Below are positions 1 through 14,340 of a DNA stretch of 64,000 bases, in pieces (positions within the stretch are counted from its first letter, which is position 1; the number at the start of each line of letters is the position of its first letter). Below the pieces are notes generated by a model. The model had not been told where the DNA came from. It saw only the letters and a program-made list of their open reading frames with translations, and searched no databases. The translations under genes and the position numbers were made by a program. Source of the stretch: the human T2T-CHM13v2.0 reference genome, Homo sapiens; NCBI RefSeq assembly GCF_009914755.1, contig NC_060934.1; one strand, 5' to 3'.

Positions 1-3000
1 AGAATATGCCCAGATAAAAACTAGAAAGAGGGTATCTGTGAAGCTGCTTTGCGATGGGTGGATTCATCTCCGAAGGTTAAACCTTTCTTTTGATTCATCA
101 GGTTGGAAACACTCTTTTTCGAGAAACTGAGAAGTGACACTTGGGAGCCTTTGAGTACTATGGGAAAAAACCCAATATCACCAGATAAAAACTAGAAAGA
201 AGCAATCTGTGAAACTGCCTTGTGATGTGTGAATTCATGTCAGAGAGTTAGCTCTTTCTTTTTTTCAGCAGGTTGGAAACACTCTTTTTAGAGAATCTGT
301 GAAGGGACATTTGGGAGCCCATTGAGGCCAAAGGGGAAAAACAGAATACTTTAAGATTAAAACTACAAAGAAGCTATCTGCAAAACTGCTTTGCGATGTG
401 TGGATCATCGCACGTGGTTTAATCTTTTATTATTATAATTATTCAACAGGTTGGAAACCCTCATTTTGGAGAATCTGCAGAGAAATATTTGACTGCCCAT
501 TGAGGCCAATGGGGTAAAACAAAATATCCCTAGGTAAAAACTAGAAAGAAGGCATCTGTGAAACTGCTTTGCGATGTGTTGATTCATCTCACAGAGTTAA
601 AATATTTTTTGATTCAGTAGGTTGGAAACACTCTTTTTGGAGAATCTGCAAAGCTATATTTGGGAGCCATTGAGGCCTATGGGAAAAAACTGAATATCTC
701 CAGATAAAAACTAGAAAGAAGCTATCTGTGTAACTGTTTTGTGATGGGTGGATTCATCTCACAGAGTCAAAACTTTTTGTTGATTCAGCAGGTTGAAAGG
801 ACTGTTTTTAGAGAATCTGTGTAGGGACATTTGGGAGACCATTGAGATCTATGGAAAGAACGAATATCCCCAGGTGAAAACTAGAAAGAAGTTATTTGTG
901 AAACTGCTTTGTGATGTGTGGATTAATCTGCAATAGTAAAGCCTTTCTTTTCATTCAGGAGGTTGGAAACAGTCATTTTGGGGAATCTGTGAAGGGACAC
1001 TTGGGAGCCCATTGAGGCCTATGGGGAAAAAAGGAATATCCCCAGATAAAAACTACAAAGAAGCAATCTGTGAAACTGCTTTGTGATGTGTGGATTCAGC
1101 TCAGAGATTTAAACTTTCTTTTGATTCAGCAGGTTGCAGATCTTCTTTTTATAGAATATACAAAGGTCAATTTAGGGGCCCTTTGAGGCCTATGGGGAAA
1201 AACAGATTATCCCCAGATAGAAAGAGAAGAATCTACCATGAAACTGCATTGTGATTTGTAGACTCACCTCACAGAGTTAAGCCTTTCTTTTATGCAGAAA
1301 GTGCCAAGCCCTTTTTTTGGAGAATCAACGAAGAAATATTTAGGACCCCATTGAGGCCTATGGGGAGAAACAGAATATCCCCAGATAGAAACAAGGGAGA
1401 AGCAATCAGTGAAACTGCCTCATGATGTGTGCATTCATTTCTCAGAATTAAACTTTTCTTTGGCTTCAGCATGTTGGAAACACTGTTTTGTAGAATCTGC
1501 GAAGGGACTTTTGAGAGCCCAGTGAGACCTATGGGGAAAAATTGAATATCCCCATGTGAAAATGACAAGGAACCTAGCTGTAAAACTGCTTTGTGATGTG
1601 TGTATTCATCTCATAGAGATAAAAGCTTCTTTTGATTCAGCAGGTTGGAAACTTTTTTTTTGAAGAATCTGCAAAGGGACATTTGGGAGCCCATTGAGGT
1701 CTATTTGATAAAGCTGAATATTCCCAGATAAAACTAGAAAGAAGTTGTCTGTGAAACTGCTTTCTGATGTGTGGATTCATCTCACAGAGTTAAACCTTTC
1801 TTGTGATTCAGCAGGTCAGAAACTCTCTAATTGGAGAATCTCTGAAGGGGCATTCTGGTGCACATTGGGTCCTATGGGGAAAAATCGAATATCCCCAGAT
1901 AAAAACTAGAAAAAAGCTACCTGTGAAACTGCTTTGTGATGCCTGGATTCACTTCACAGAGCTAAACCATTTTTTTGTCTCTGCAAGTTGGAAACACTTC
2001 TTTTGGAGAATCTGCAAAGGGTTATTTGCAAGCCCATTGAGGGCTATGGGGAAAAACAAAATATCCCCAGATAAAAACTAGAAAAAAATCTATCTTTTAC
2101 TCTGCTTTGTGATGTGTTGATTCATTTCACAGAGGTAAACTTTTACCTTGATTCTGCAAGTTGGAAACACTCTTTATAGAATCTGTGAAGGTCCATTTGG
2201 AAGCACATTGAGGCCTATGGAGAAAAACTGAATATCTCAAGATTAAAAACTAGAAAACAGCTTTTTGTGACACTGCTTTGTGATTTGTGGTTTCATCTCA
2301 CAGAGTTCACCCTCTCTTTTGTTTCAGCAACTTGGAGGCACTCTTTTTGTAAAATCTACAGAGGGACATTTTGGAGCCCATTAAGGCCTATGGGAAATAA
2401 TTGAATGTCCCAAGAAAAAAACTAGGAAAAAGTTACCTGTGAAACTGCTTTGTTATGTGTTGATTCATCTCATAGACTTAAACCTATGTCCTGATTCACC
2501 AGATTGGAAACATTCTTTATGGAGAATCTACGAAGGGCCATTTGGGAGCCCACTGAGGCTGATGGGGAAAGACTGAATACACCAGATAAAAACTAGAAGG
2601 AAGCTATCTGTGAGACTGCTTTGTGATGTGTGGATTCTTCTCACAGACTTAAAACTTATTTTCATTCATCAGGTTGGAAACACTCTTTTTGGAGAATATG
2701 CAAAGAAACATTTTGGAGCCCGTTGAGGCCTTGGGGAAAAACTGAATATATCCAGATAAAAACTAGAAAGAAGCTATCTGTGAAACTATTTTGTGATGTG
2801 GGGATCCATCTCACAGAATTAAACTTTCTTTTGGTTTAGCAGTTTGGAAACACTCTTTTTGTAGAATCTGTGAAGAAACATTTTTGGTCAAATTGAGGCC
2901 TAAGGGGAAATACAAATTATCCCCAGATAAAAACAACAAGAAGCTAACTGAGAAACTGCTTTGTTTTGTGTGGATTCATCTCATGGAATTAAACCTTTCT

Positions 3001-6000
3001 TTGGATTCACCAGTTTATAAACACTTTTTTTGGAGAATCTGTGAGGAGATATTTGGGAGCCCATGGAGGCATATGGAGGAAAACTAAACATTCCCAGATA
3101 AAAACTAGAAAGAAGCTATATGTGAAACTGGTTTGTTATGTGTTGATTCATTTCACAGAGATAAACCTTTATTTTGATTCAGCACATCAGAAACATGTTT
3201 TTTGAAGAATCTGCAAAGGGACTTTTGTGAGCAAATTGAGGCCAATCAGGAAAAACAAAATATCCCCAAATAAGAACTTGAAAAATATCTATGTGTCAAA
3301 CTGACTTGTAATGTGTGGATTCATCTCAGAGTGTTAAACCTTTGACTTGATTCAGCAGGTTAGAAAAACTCTTTTTGGAGAATATCCAAAGGGACATTTG
3401 GCAGCCAATTGAGGCCTATGGTAAAAAAATGAATAATCAATGATTAAAAACTAGAAAGAAGCTATCTCTGAATCTGCATTGTGATGTGTGGATTCATCTC
3501 ACAGAATTAAACCTTTCTTTTGATTCAGCATGTTGGAAACATTATTTTTGTAGAATCTGTGAAGAAACATTTGAGAGCAAATTGAGGCCTAAGGGGAAAA
3601 ATGAAATATTCCCAGATAAAAATTACAAAGAAGCTATCTGAGAAACTGCTTCATTACGGGTGGATTCATTGCAAAGAATTAAACCTTTCTTTAGATTCAG
3701 CAGGTCATAAACACTCTTCTTGGAAAATCTGCAAAGGGACATTTTAAAGCCCATGGACACCTTTGTGGAAAAATATAATGTCCCCAGATAAAAATTAGAA
3801 AGAAGCTATCTGTGAAACTCCTTTGTTATATATGAATTCATCTCACAGAGGTAAAACTGTATTTTGATACATCAGGTTGGAAACACTCTTTTTGGAGAAT
3901 CTGTGAACTGACATTTTGGAGGCCATTGAGGCCTATGGGGAAACACGAAATACCCCCAGATGAAAACTAGAAAGAAGCTATCTGTGAAACTGCCTTGTGG
4001 TGTGTGCATTCAGCTCACAAAGTTAAAAGTTTCTATTGATTCAGCAGGTTTTAAACATTCTTTTTAGAGAATCTGTAAAAGGATATTTCAGAGCTCATTT
4101 AGACCTATGGAGAAATACCAAATAAATCAAGATAAAAATTAGAAAGAAGCCCTCTGTGAAACTGCTTTGTGATGTGTGGATTGATCCCACAGAGTTAAAC
4201 TTTTCTTTTGATCCAGCAGGTTGAAAGCACACCTTTTGTAGAATCTGCAAATGAACATTTGGCTGCCTGTTGAGGCCTATGAGAAGAAAGTAAATATCCT
4301 CAGATGAAAACAGGAAGGAAGCTCTCTGTGAAACAACTGATATGTGTGGATTCATCTCACAGAGTTAAACTTTGTTTTGATTCAGCAGGTTGGGAACAAT
4401 GTTTTTGGTGAACCTGCGAATGGAAATTTCAGAGCCCACTGAGGTCTATAATTAAAAATCTAATCTCTCGAGATAAAAGCTAGAATGAAGGTATCCATGA
4501 AACTGATTTTTGATCTGGGGATCCCTGTTACAGAGATAAAACTTTCTTTTGATTCAGCAGGTGGAACACTCTTTTTAGACAATCTGCAAAGGGACATTTG
4601 GGAGTTCATTGAGACCTATGGGGAAAAACGAAATACCCCACATAAAAACTAGAAAGTCGCTATATGTGAAACAGTTTTGTGACATGTGGACTCATCTCAG
4701 AGATTTAAACCATTCTTTTGATCCAGCAGGTTGGAAACACTCTTTCTGTAGAATTGGAGAAAAGACATTTTGGTGCTCATTGGGGCCTTTGGGAAAAAAA
4801 CTGAATATCCCCAGGTAGAAACTGGAAAGAAGCTCTCTGTGAAACTACTTTGTGTGGCCTGGATTCATCTCACAGAGTTAAAAATTCCTTTTGATCCAAC
4901 AGGTTGGAAACACTCTATTTAAAGAATCCGCCAAGGGACATTTTAGAGCCCATTTAGGCCTATGAAGAAAAACAGAATATATGCAGATAAAAACTAGAAA
5001 GAAACTATCTGTGAAACTGCTTTGTGATGTGAAGATTCTTCTCACAGAGGGAAAACTTTATTTTTATTCCACAAGTTGGAAACACTCTTTTTGTAGAACA
5101 TGCAAGGAAACATTTGGGATTCCATAGATGCTTATGGGAATAAACTGAATATTTCCAGATAAAAACTAGAAACAACCTAAATGTGAAACTGCTTGGTAAT
5201 GGTTCAATTCATCTCACAAAGTTAAACTTTGTTTTGATTCAGCAGGTTGGAAACACTGTTTTGGAGAATGTGTGAAGGGACATTTGGGAAACCATTGAAG
5301 GCTATGGGGAAAACAAATTATCCACACATAAAAGCTACAAACAAGATATCTTACCTGTGAAACTGCTTTGTGATGTGTGAATTCAACTCACAAAGTTAAA
5401 CCTTTCCTTTCATTCAGCAGGTTGGAAACACTCTTTTTCAAAAATACATAAAGGGACATTTGGGAGCCCATTGAGTCCTGTGAGGAAAAACTGAATATCC
5501 CCATATAAAAACTGCAAAGACGTTATCTATGAAACTGCTTTGGGATGTGTGAATTCATCTCACAGACTTAAACCCTTCTTCTGATTCAGCAGGTTGAAAA
5601 TACTCTTTTCAAAGAATATGCAAAAAGACATTTGGGAGCCCATGAGGCCTAAGGAAAAAAAAGGAATATTTTTTAGGGAAAAAATTGAAAAAATATCTGT
5701 GCAACTGCTTTGTGATGTGTGGCTTCATCTCCCACAGTTAAGCTATTCTTTTGATTCAGTAATGTGGAAACACTCTATTTGAAGTATCTGTGAAGGGACA
5801 TTTGGAAGCCCATTGAGGACTATGAGTAAAACTGAATATTCCAAGATAAACACTAGAAAGAAACTATCTGTCAAACTGCTTTGTGATGTGTGGATTCATC
5901 TCACAGAGTTAAACATTTATTTTGATAAAGCAGGTTAGAAATAGTGTTTTTGGAGTAACTATGAAGAGACTTTTGGGAGCCCTTTGGGATCTATGGGGAT

Positions 6001-7121
6001 AAATCGAATATCCCCAGAGAAAAACTGGAAAGAAGGTATCTGTAAAACTGCTTTGTGATGTATGGATTCATCTAACAGAGATAAACCTTTCTTTTGATAC
6101 ACTAGTTTGGAAATATATTTTTGTAGAATGTGTGGATTGACACTTTGGAGCCGATTAAGGCCTATAAATAAAAATTGATAACCCACAAGAAAAACTAAAC
6201 AGAAGCTATCTTTGAAACTGCTTTGTATTGTCCGGGTTAGTCTCACAAAGTTAAAGATTTCTTTTGATCCAGTTAAACCACCCTTCTGATTCAGGAGGCT
6301 GGAAATGCTTTTGTTGGAGTATCTGCAAAGGGACATTTGGAAGCCCATTGAGTCCTATAAGTGAAAACTGAATATCCCCAGATACAAACTAGAGAGAAGA
6401 TATCTGTGAAATTGTTTTGTGATGTGTGAATTCATCTCAAATAGTTAAACCTTTCTTTTGATCCAGCAGGTTGAAAACACTCTTTTTGAGAATCTGACAA
6501 GGGACATTTGTGAGCCCATTGAGGACTATGGGGAAAAACTGGATATCCCCAGAGAAAAACTAGAAAGAAGCTATCTGTGATACTTCTTTGTGATGTATGG
6601 ATTCATTTCACATAATTAAATATCTCTGTTCATTCAACAGATTAGAAACAATCATTTGTAGAATCTGCAAAGAGATATTTGGGAGCCAACTGATGCCTAT
6701 AAGTAAAAACTGAATATTCCCAGATAAAACCTAGAAAGAAGCTATCAGTGAAAATACTTTGTGATGTGTGGATTCAGCCCACAAAGTTAAATCTTTCTTT
6801 TTCAAGACTGAAACTGCTTTCTGATTTGTGAGTGCATCTCATAGAGTTAAACATTTCTTTTGATTCAGAAGACTGGAAATACTCTTTTGGGAGAATTTGC
6901 AAAGAAATATTTGAGAACCCATTGAAAACTTTGGGAAAAACCCAAGTATCCCCAGATAAAAACTAGAAAGAAGCTATCTTTGAAACTGCATTTTGTTGTA
7001 TGGATTCATCTCACAGAGTTAAACCTGTCTTTTGATCCAGCAGGTTTTAAACTCTCTTTTTGGAGAATCTGCAAAGGGACATTTAGATGCTCTTGGAGGC
7101 CTACCAGGAAAAGCTGAATAT
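1..7121 (+). repeat. Monomeric alpha satellite (~171 bp), divergent, conventional orientation
   Basis: The motif ccagataaaaactagaaagaagctatctgtgaaactgctttgtgatgtgtggattcatctcacagagttaaacc recurs at ~170-172 bp spacing (e.g. 10, 181, 700, 870, 1042, 1213). Neighbouring monomers differ substantially. The box position reads ctatggggaaaaactgaa (A-type), not a CENP-B box. Confidence 0.97.
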
Positions 7122-10100
7122 GTGATTTACATATTTCATATTGGGATATTCCCTTTTGCCCCATAGACCTCAATAGGCTCACAAATATCCCTTCACATCT
7201 GTTCCAAAAAAGAGTGTTTCCAACCTGCTGATTCAAATGAAAAGTTTAACTGTGTGAGATGAAACTGCACATCACAAAGCAGGTTCACAGAAAGCTTCTT
7301 TCTAGTTTTCTTCTGGCAATACTGGGTTTTTCCCCATAAGCCTCAGTGGGCCCCCAAATATCTCTTCACAGATAATATAAAAAGAGTGTTTCCACCCTGT
7401 TGAATCATAAGAAAGATTTTACTCTGTGAAATAAATCCACATATCAAAAAGCAGTTTCAAAGAAAGCTTCTTTTAAAATTTTTAATGGAGATATTCTGTT
7501 TTTCCCAACAGTCCTCAATAGGTTACCATAAGTCCCTTCACAGATTCTCCAAAATGAGTGTTTCCAACTGGCTGAAATAAAAGAAAGGTTTAATCTTGTG
7601 CAATGAATCCACACATCACAAAACAAGTTTATAGATAGCTTCTTTCTAGTATTCATCTGGCTATATTCGATCTTTCTCTCTAGGCCTCAATGAGCTCCCA
7701 ACTATGCCTTCTCAGATTCTCCTAAAAGAGTGTTTGCAACCTGGTGAATCAAAAGAAAGATTTAATTCTGTGAGATGAATCCACACATCACAAAACATTT
7801 GCATAGATAGCTTCTTTCTAGTTTTTATCTGGGGATATTCTGTTTATTTCTATTGGCCTCAAGAGGCTTCCAAATGTCTCTTCACAGATTCTTCAAAAAG
7901 TGTTTCAAATCTGCTCAATCAAAAGAATGGTTTAACTGTGTGAGATGAATCCACACATTACAAAGCAGTTTCACAGATAGCTTCTTTCTAGTTTTTCTCT
8001 AGAGATATTCAATTTATCCCCATAGGACCCTGTGGGCTCCCAAATGTCCTTTCACAGATTCTCCAGAAAGAGTGTTTCCAACCTGGTGTATCAAAACGAA
8101 AGTTTAACTGTGTGTGATGAATCCACACATCACAAAGCTTTTTCACACACAGCTTCTTTCTATATTTATCTGGGGATATTTTTTTTCCTCCATAGGCCAA
8201 AATGGGTTCCCAAATGTCCCTTTGAAAATTCTCCAAAAAGAGTGTTTTCACCCTTCTGAATCAAAAGAAAGGTTTAATTCTGTGATATAAATTCAGACAT
8301 CACAAAGCAGTTTCACAGATAGCTTCTTTCTAGTTTTTATATGGGGAATTTCTGTTTTGCCTTATAGGACTCAAAGAGCTTTCAAATGTCCCTTTGCAGA
8401 TGCTCCAAAAAGAGTGTTTCGAACCTGCTAAATCAAAAGAATGGTTTAACTCTGTGAGATGAATCCACATATCACAAATCCATTTCACAGATAGCGTCTT
8501 TCCTGTTTTTATCTGGGGATATTTGATTTTCCCCCATAGGCCTCAATAGACTCCCAAATGTCCCTTCACAGGTTCTCCAAATAGAGTGATTTCTATCTGC
8601 TGAATAAAAAGAAAGGTTTAACTCTGTGAGATAAATCCACACATCAAAAGGCAGTTTCACAGATAGCTTCTTTCTCGTTTTTATCTGGGGATATTCACTT
8701 TTTCCCCACAGGCCCCAGTGGGCTCCAAAATGTCCCTTTGCTGATACTCCAAATAGAGTGTTTCCAAACTGCGAATCAAAAGAAGGTTTCAACTCTGTGA
8801 GATTAATCCACAAATCAAAAGGCATTTCACAGATAGCTTCTTTCTAGTTTCTATCTGCTCTATCTGGGGATATTCAGCTCTTCCACATTGGCCTTAATGG
8901 GCTCCAAAATGTTTCATTGCAGATTCTCTAAAAAGTCTTTCAAACCTGTTGAATCAAAATAAGGTTTAACTCTGTGAGATGACCCACACATCACAAGTGG
9001 TTTTAAGAGACCTTCTTTGTACTTTTTATCAGGGAATACTCGGTTTTGCCCATAGGCTTCAGTGTGCTCCAAATGTGCATTCGTAGATTTTCAAAATAGA
9101 TGGTTTCCAAACTGCTGAATCAAATGAAAGCTTTAAGTCTGTGAGATGGATCCACACATCACAAAGCAATTTCACAGATAGCTTCTTTCTAGTTTTTATC
9201 TGGGGACATTCGGATTATTTCCATTGGCCTCAAGTGGCTCCTAAATATTCCTTCACAGATTCTCCAAAAAGAGTATTTTTAAAACTGCTGTAACAAAATA
9301 AATGTTTAACTCTGTGAGATGAATCCACACATCACAAAGGAGTTTCAAAGATAGTTTCTTTCTAGTTTTTATCTTGGGATATTACGTTTTTCCCCATAGG
9401 CATCAAAGGGCTCAAAAATGTCCCTTTGCAAATTATCTAAAAAAAGCGTTTCCAACCTGCTGAAACAAAATAAAGTTTTTATTATATGAGATGATTCCAC
9501 ACATCACAGAGCAGTTTTACAGAAAGCCTCTTTCTAGTTTCTATCCAGGGATATTCAATTTTTCCCCATAAGTTTCAATGGTCTCTCAAATGTCAGAGCG
9601 AGTGTTTCCAACCTGCTTAATGAAAAGAAAAATTAAACTCTGTGAGATGAATTGACATATCACAAATCTGTTTCACACAAACATTTATCTGGTGATATAC
9701 TGTTTTTCCCCTAGGCTTCAATGGGCTCCCAAATATCTCTTTGCAAATTCTCCAAAAAGAGTGCTTTCAACCTTTTGAATCAAAGAAAAGGTAAAAATCC
9801 GTGAGATGAATCCACACATCAATTAGCAGTTTCACTGATAACTTATTTGTAGTTTTTATCTAGGAATAGTTTTTCCCTTAGGCCTGAATAAGCTCCAGAA
9901 TGTCCCTTCACAGATTTTCCAAAAAGAGTGTTTCCAATCTGCTGGATCAATGGAAATGTTTAATTCTTGCAGATGAATCCACACATCACAAAGCAGTTTC
10001 ACACATAGCTTCTTTCTAGGTTTTATATGGGGATGTTCATTTTTTCCCCATAGGACTTAATGGGATCACAAAGATCCCTTTGCAGATGCTCCAAAAAAGG

Positions 10101-13100
10101 TGTTTCCAACCTGCTGAATCAAAGAAAGATTTAACTCTGTGAGATGAATCCACACATCACAGAACAGTTTCACAGATAGCTTCATTCTACTTTTTTATCT
10201 GGTGATATTCACTTCTTCCCCACAGTCCTCACTGGGCTCTAAAATGTTCCTTCGTAGAGTCTCCAAATAGAGTGTTTCCAAACTGCTGAATCAAAAGAAA
10301 GTTTTAACTCTGTGAGATTAATCCACACATCACAGAGCAGTTTCACAGATACGTTCTTTCTAGTTTCTATATAGCGATATTTGCCTTTTACACTTAGGAC
10401 TTAATGGGCTCCCAAATGTTTCATCGCAGATTCTCCAAAAAGAGTGTTTCCAACCTGTTGAATCAAAATAAGCTTTACCTCTGTGAGATGACCCACACAT
10501 CACAAGCAGTTTCAAGATATCTTCTTTGTACTTTTTATAAGACAATAATCGTTTTTACCCCATAGACCTCTGTGGGCTCCCATTTGGGATATTTATCCCT
10601 TAGCAGACTCTCAAAAAAGACTGTTTCCAACTTGCTGAATCAGAAGAAAGATTTAACTCTGTGAGATGAATCTACACATTATAAAGCAAGTTCACAGATA
10701 ACTTCTATCTAGTTTTCCTCTGGAAATATTTGGTTTGCCAGAAAGGCCTCAATGGGCTTCCAAATGTCCCTTCACAGATTCTCTCAAAAGAGTGTTTCCA
10801 ACCTGAAGAATCAAAAGAAAGCTTTAAGTCTGTGAGATGAATCCACAAATCACAAAGCAGTATCACAAATAGCTTCTTTCTCATTTTCATCTGGGGATAT
10901 TCTATTTGCCCCACAGGTCTCAATGGGCTCCCAAATATCCCTTTGCAGCTGCTCCAGAAAAAACTGTTTCCAACCTGCCAATTCAAAAGAAAGTGTTATC
11001 TCTGTGAGATGAATCCACACATCATGAAGAAGTTTCACAGATAGTTTCCTGCTAGTTTTTTTCTGGGGATATTCGGTTTTGGCCCATAGGCCTAAAGGGG
11101 CTCCAAAATGTCTTTTTGTAGATTCTGTAAAAACAGTGTCTCCAAACTGTTGAATCAAAAGAAAGGTTTAAATCTGTGAGATGAATCCACACATCAAAAA
11201 CCAGTTTCACAGATAGCTTCTTTCTAATTTTTAACTGAATATATTCAGTTTTGCCCCATAGGACTCAACAGGCTCAGAAATGCCCCTTCACAGACACTTG
11301 AAAAAGAGTCTTTTAAACCTGGTGAATCAAAAGAAAGATTTAAGTCTGTGAGATGAATCCACACATCACAAAGAATTTCCACGGACAGACAGCTCCTTTC
11401 TAGTTTTTATCTGGGGATATCCAGTTTATTTCCATTGGCCTCAAGAGACTCTCAAATGTCCATTTGCAGATTCTTCAAAAAGAGGGTTTCAAACCTGCTC
11501 AATCAAAAGAATGGTTTAACTGTGTGAGATGAATCCACACATTAGAGTGCAGTTTCACATATAGCTTCTTTCTAGTTTTTCTCTAGAGATATTTGATTTA
11601 TCCCCATAGGCCCCTGTGGGCTCCCAAATGTCCTTTCGCAGGTTCTCCAGAAAGTGTTTCCAAACTGTAGTAGCAAAAGAAAGGTTTATCTCTGTGTGAT
11701 GACTCCACAAATCACAAAGATGTTTCACACAGAGATTCTTTCTTGTTTTTATCTGCAGATAATTCATTTTTCCCTGTACACATCAATGGGCTCCCAAATG
11801 TCCCTTCACAGATTCTGCAAAAAGAGTGTTTTCAACTTCCTGCATCAAAAGAAAGGTTTGTCTCAGTGAGATGAATCCACATCTCACGGAGTAATTTTAC
11901 AGATAGCTTCTTTCTAGTTTTGATCTGAGGATATTGTGTTTTTTGCTACTGGCCTCAATGAGCTCCCGAATGTCCCTTTGCAGATTCTCTAAAAAGAGTG
12001 TTTCCAACCTGTTGAGTCAAATGAAAGATTTACCTCTGTGAAATGAATCCCCACCTCAAAAAGCAGTTTTTCCAATAGCTTCTTTCTATTTTTTTATCTG
12101 GGGATATTCTGTTTTTTTCCACTGGCCTCAATGAGCTCCCCAGTGTCCCTTTGCAGATTCTCTACAGAGAGTGTTTCCAACCTGGTGAGTCAAACGAAAG
12201 GTTTAACTCCATGGCATGAATCCACACATGACAAAGCAGTTTCACAGATAGCATCTTTCTAGTTTTGTTCTGGGGATATTGGTTTTGTTGTTGTTGTTGT
12301 TAGGTTTCAATGGCTTCCAAACTGTCCTTTCAGTGATTCTACAAGAGTGTTTCCTACCTGCTGGATCAAAAGAAAGTTTTAACTCTGTGTGATGAGTCCA
12401 AGCAACATAAAGCAGTTTCAGAGTTATCTTCTTTATAGTGCTTGTCTGATGATTACCTGTTTTTACTTATAGGCCTTAATGGGCTCCCAAATATCTTTTT
12501 GCAGTTCCCACAAAAGGAGTGTTTCCAACTTTCTGTATGAAAAGAAAGTTTTAACTCTGTGAGTTCAATCCAAATATCACAAAGCAGTTTTACAGACAGC
12601 TTCTTTCACCTTTTATATGGGGATATTCACTTTATCCCCACAGACCTCAATGGGCTCCCAAATGTCTTTTCAGAGGTTCTAGAAAAAAGAGTATTTCCAA
12701 CCTGCAGAATCAAAAGAAATGTTGAAATTTGTGAGATGCATCCACGTGTAACAAAGCAGTTTAACAGATAACTTCATTCTACTTTTTATCTGGGGATATT
12801 CAGTTTTTCTGCTAGGCATCAATGGGCTCCAAAATGTACATTCACAGATCCTACAAAAAAAGTGTTTCCAACCTGCTGGATCAAAAGAAAGGTGTAAATC
12901 TGTGAGATGAATCCACACATCACAAACCAGTTTCACAAACTTATTTCAGTTTTCATCTGGGGATATTCAATTTTTCCTTATAGGCTTCAATGGACTTCCA
13001 ATTATCCCTTCACAGATTATACAAAGAGAGTGATTTGAACCTGCTGAATCAAAAATAAAAGTTTAACTCTGTGAGATGAATCCTCACATTGCAAAACAGT

Positions 13101-14340
13101 TTCACAGATACCTTCTTTCTAGTTTTTATCTAGGGATATTCAATTTTCTTCCTAGGCCTCAATGGGCTCCAAGACGTCACTTCATAGATTCTCCAAAAAG
13201 AGTTTTTCCAACCTGCTGAATTAATTAAAATGATTAACTCTGTAAGATGAATCCAGCTATCATAAAGCAGTTTCACAGGTAGCTTTTTTCTAGTATTTAC
13301 CTGGGGATATTTGTTTTTTCCCAGTGGCCCAAATGGGATCTCAAATGTCCCTTCACAGATTCTACAAAAACAGTGTTTTCAATCTGCTGCATCAAAACAA
13401 AGGTTTAACACTTTGAGATGAATCCACACATCAAAAAACATTTTCACCAATAGCATCTTTCTAGGTTTTTCCCCTTAGGGCTCAATTGTCTACAAAACGT
13501 CCTTTTGCTGATTGTCTAGAAAGAGTGTTTCCACCCTGCTAATTAAAAGAAGCTTTAACTCTGTGAGATAAATCCACACATACAAAGCGGTTTCACAAAA
13601 CGCATCTTTCTAGTTTTTACTTGGGGATATTCAATTTTTCTCCATAGGCCTCAATGGGCTCCCAAATGTCCCTTCACAGGTTCTAGAAAAAGAGTGTTTT
13701 GAACCTGCTGAATTGAAAGAAAATTTTAATTCTGTGATTGAATTTACACATCACAAAGCAGTTTCACAGGTAGCTACTTTCTAGTTTTTATCTTGGGATA
13801 TTCAATTTTCCCCCTATGCATCAATAGGTTCCAAAATGTCTCTTTGCAGATTCTCCAAAAAGAGTTTTTCCAACCTTTGGAATCAATACAAACATTTAAC
13901 ACTGTAAGATAAATCTGCACATCACAAAGAAGTTTCACAGATTGCTTCTATATAGGTTTTATCTGAGGATGTTAGGTTTTTCCTCATGGGCCTCAATGGG
14001 CTCTCGAATATCCCTTTGCAGATTCTTCAAAAAGAGTGTTTCCAAAGTGCTGTACAATAAAACGTTTTAACTCTTTGAGATGAATCCAAACATCACAAAG
14101 CAGTTTCACAGATATCTACTTTCTAGGTTTTCTCTGGGAATATTTGGTTTTGTTCCATAGTCCTCATCCACTACAAAATGTCCCTTCGCTGATTCTACAA
14201 AAAGAATGTTTCCAACCTGCTGAATCAAAAGAAAGGTTTAAACTTGTTAGATGAATTTACAAATCACAAAGCAGTTTCACTTAGCTTCTTTCTGGGTTTT
14301 ACCTGCACATATTGGTTTTACCAAATAGGCTTCAGTGGGC
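7122..14340 (-). repeat. Inverted block of monomeric alpha satellite (~42 monomers)
   Basis: The reverse-complement monomer (gtgagatgaatccacacatcacaaagcagtttcacagatagcttctttctagtttttatctgggg) runs throughout. Orientation switches at ~7121/7122 and at 14340/14341. Confidence 0.96.

Noticed and set aside
12283-12301. (GTT)n run
   Set aside because: Short slippage expansion of the monomer's T-run; unremarkable.
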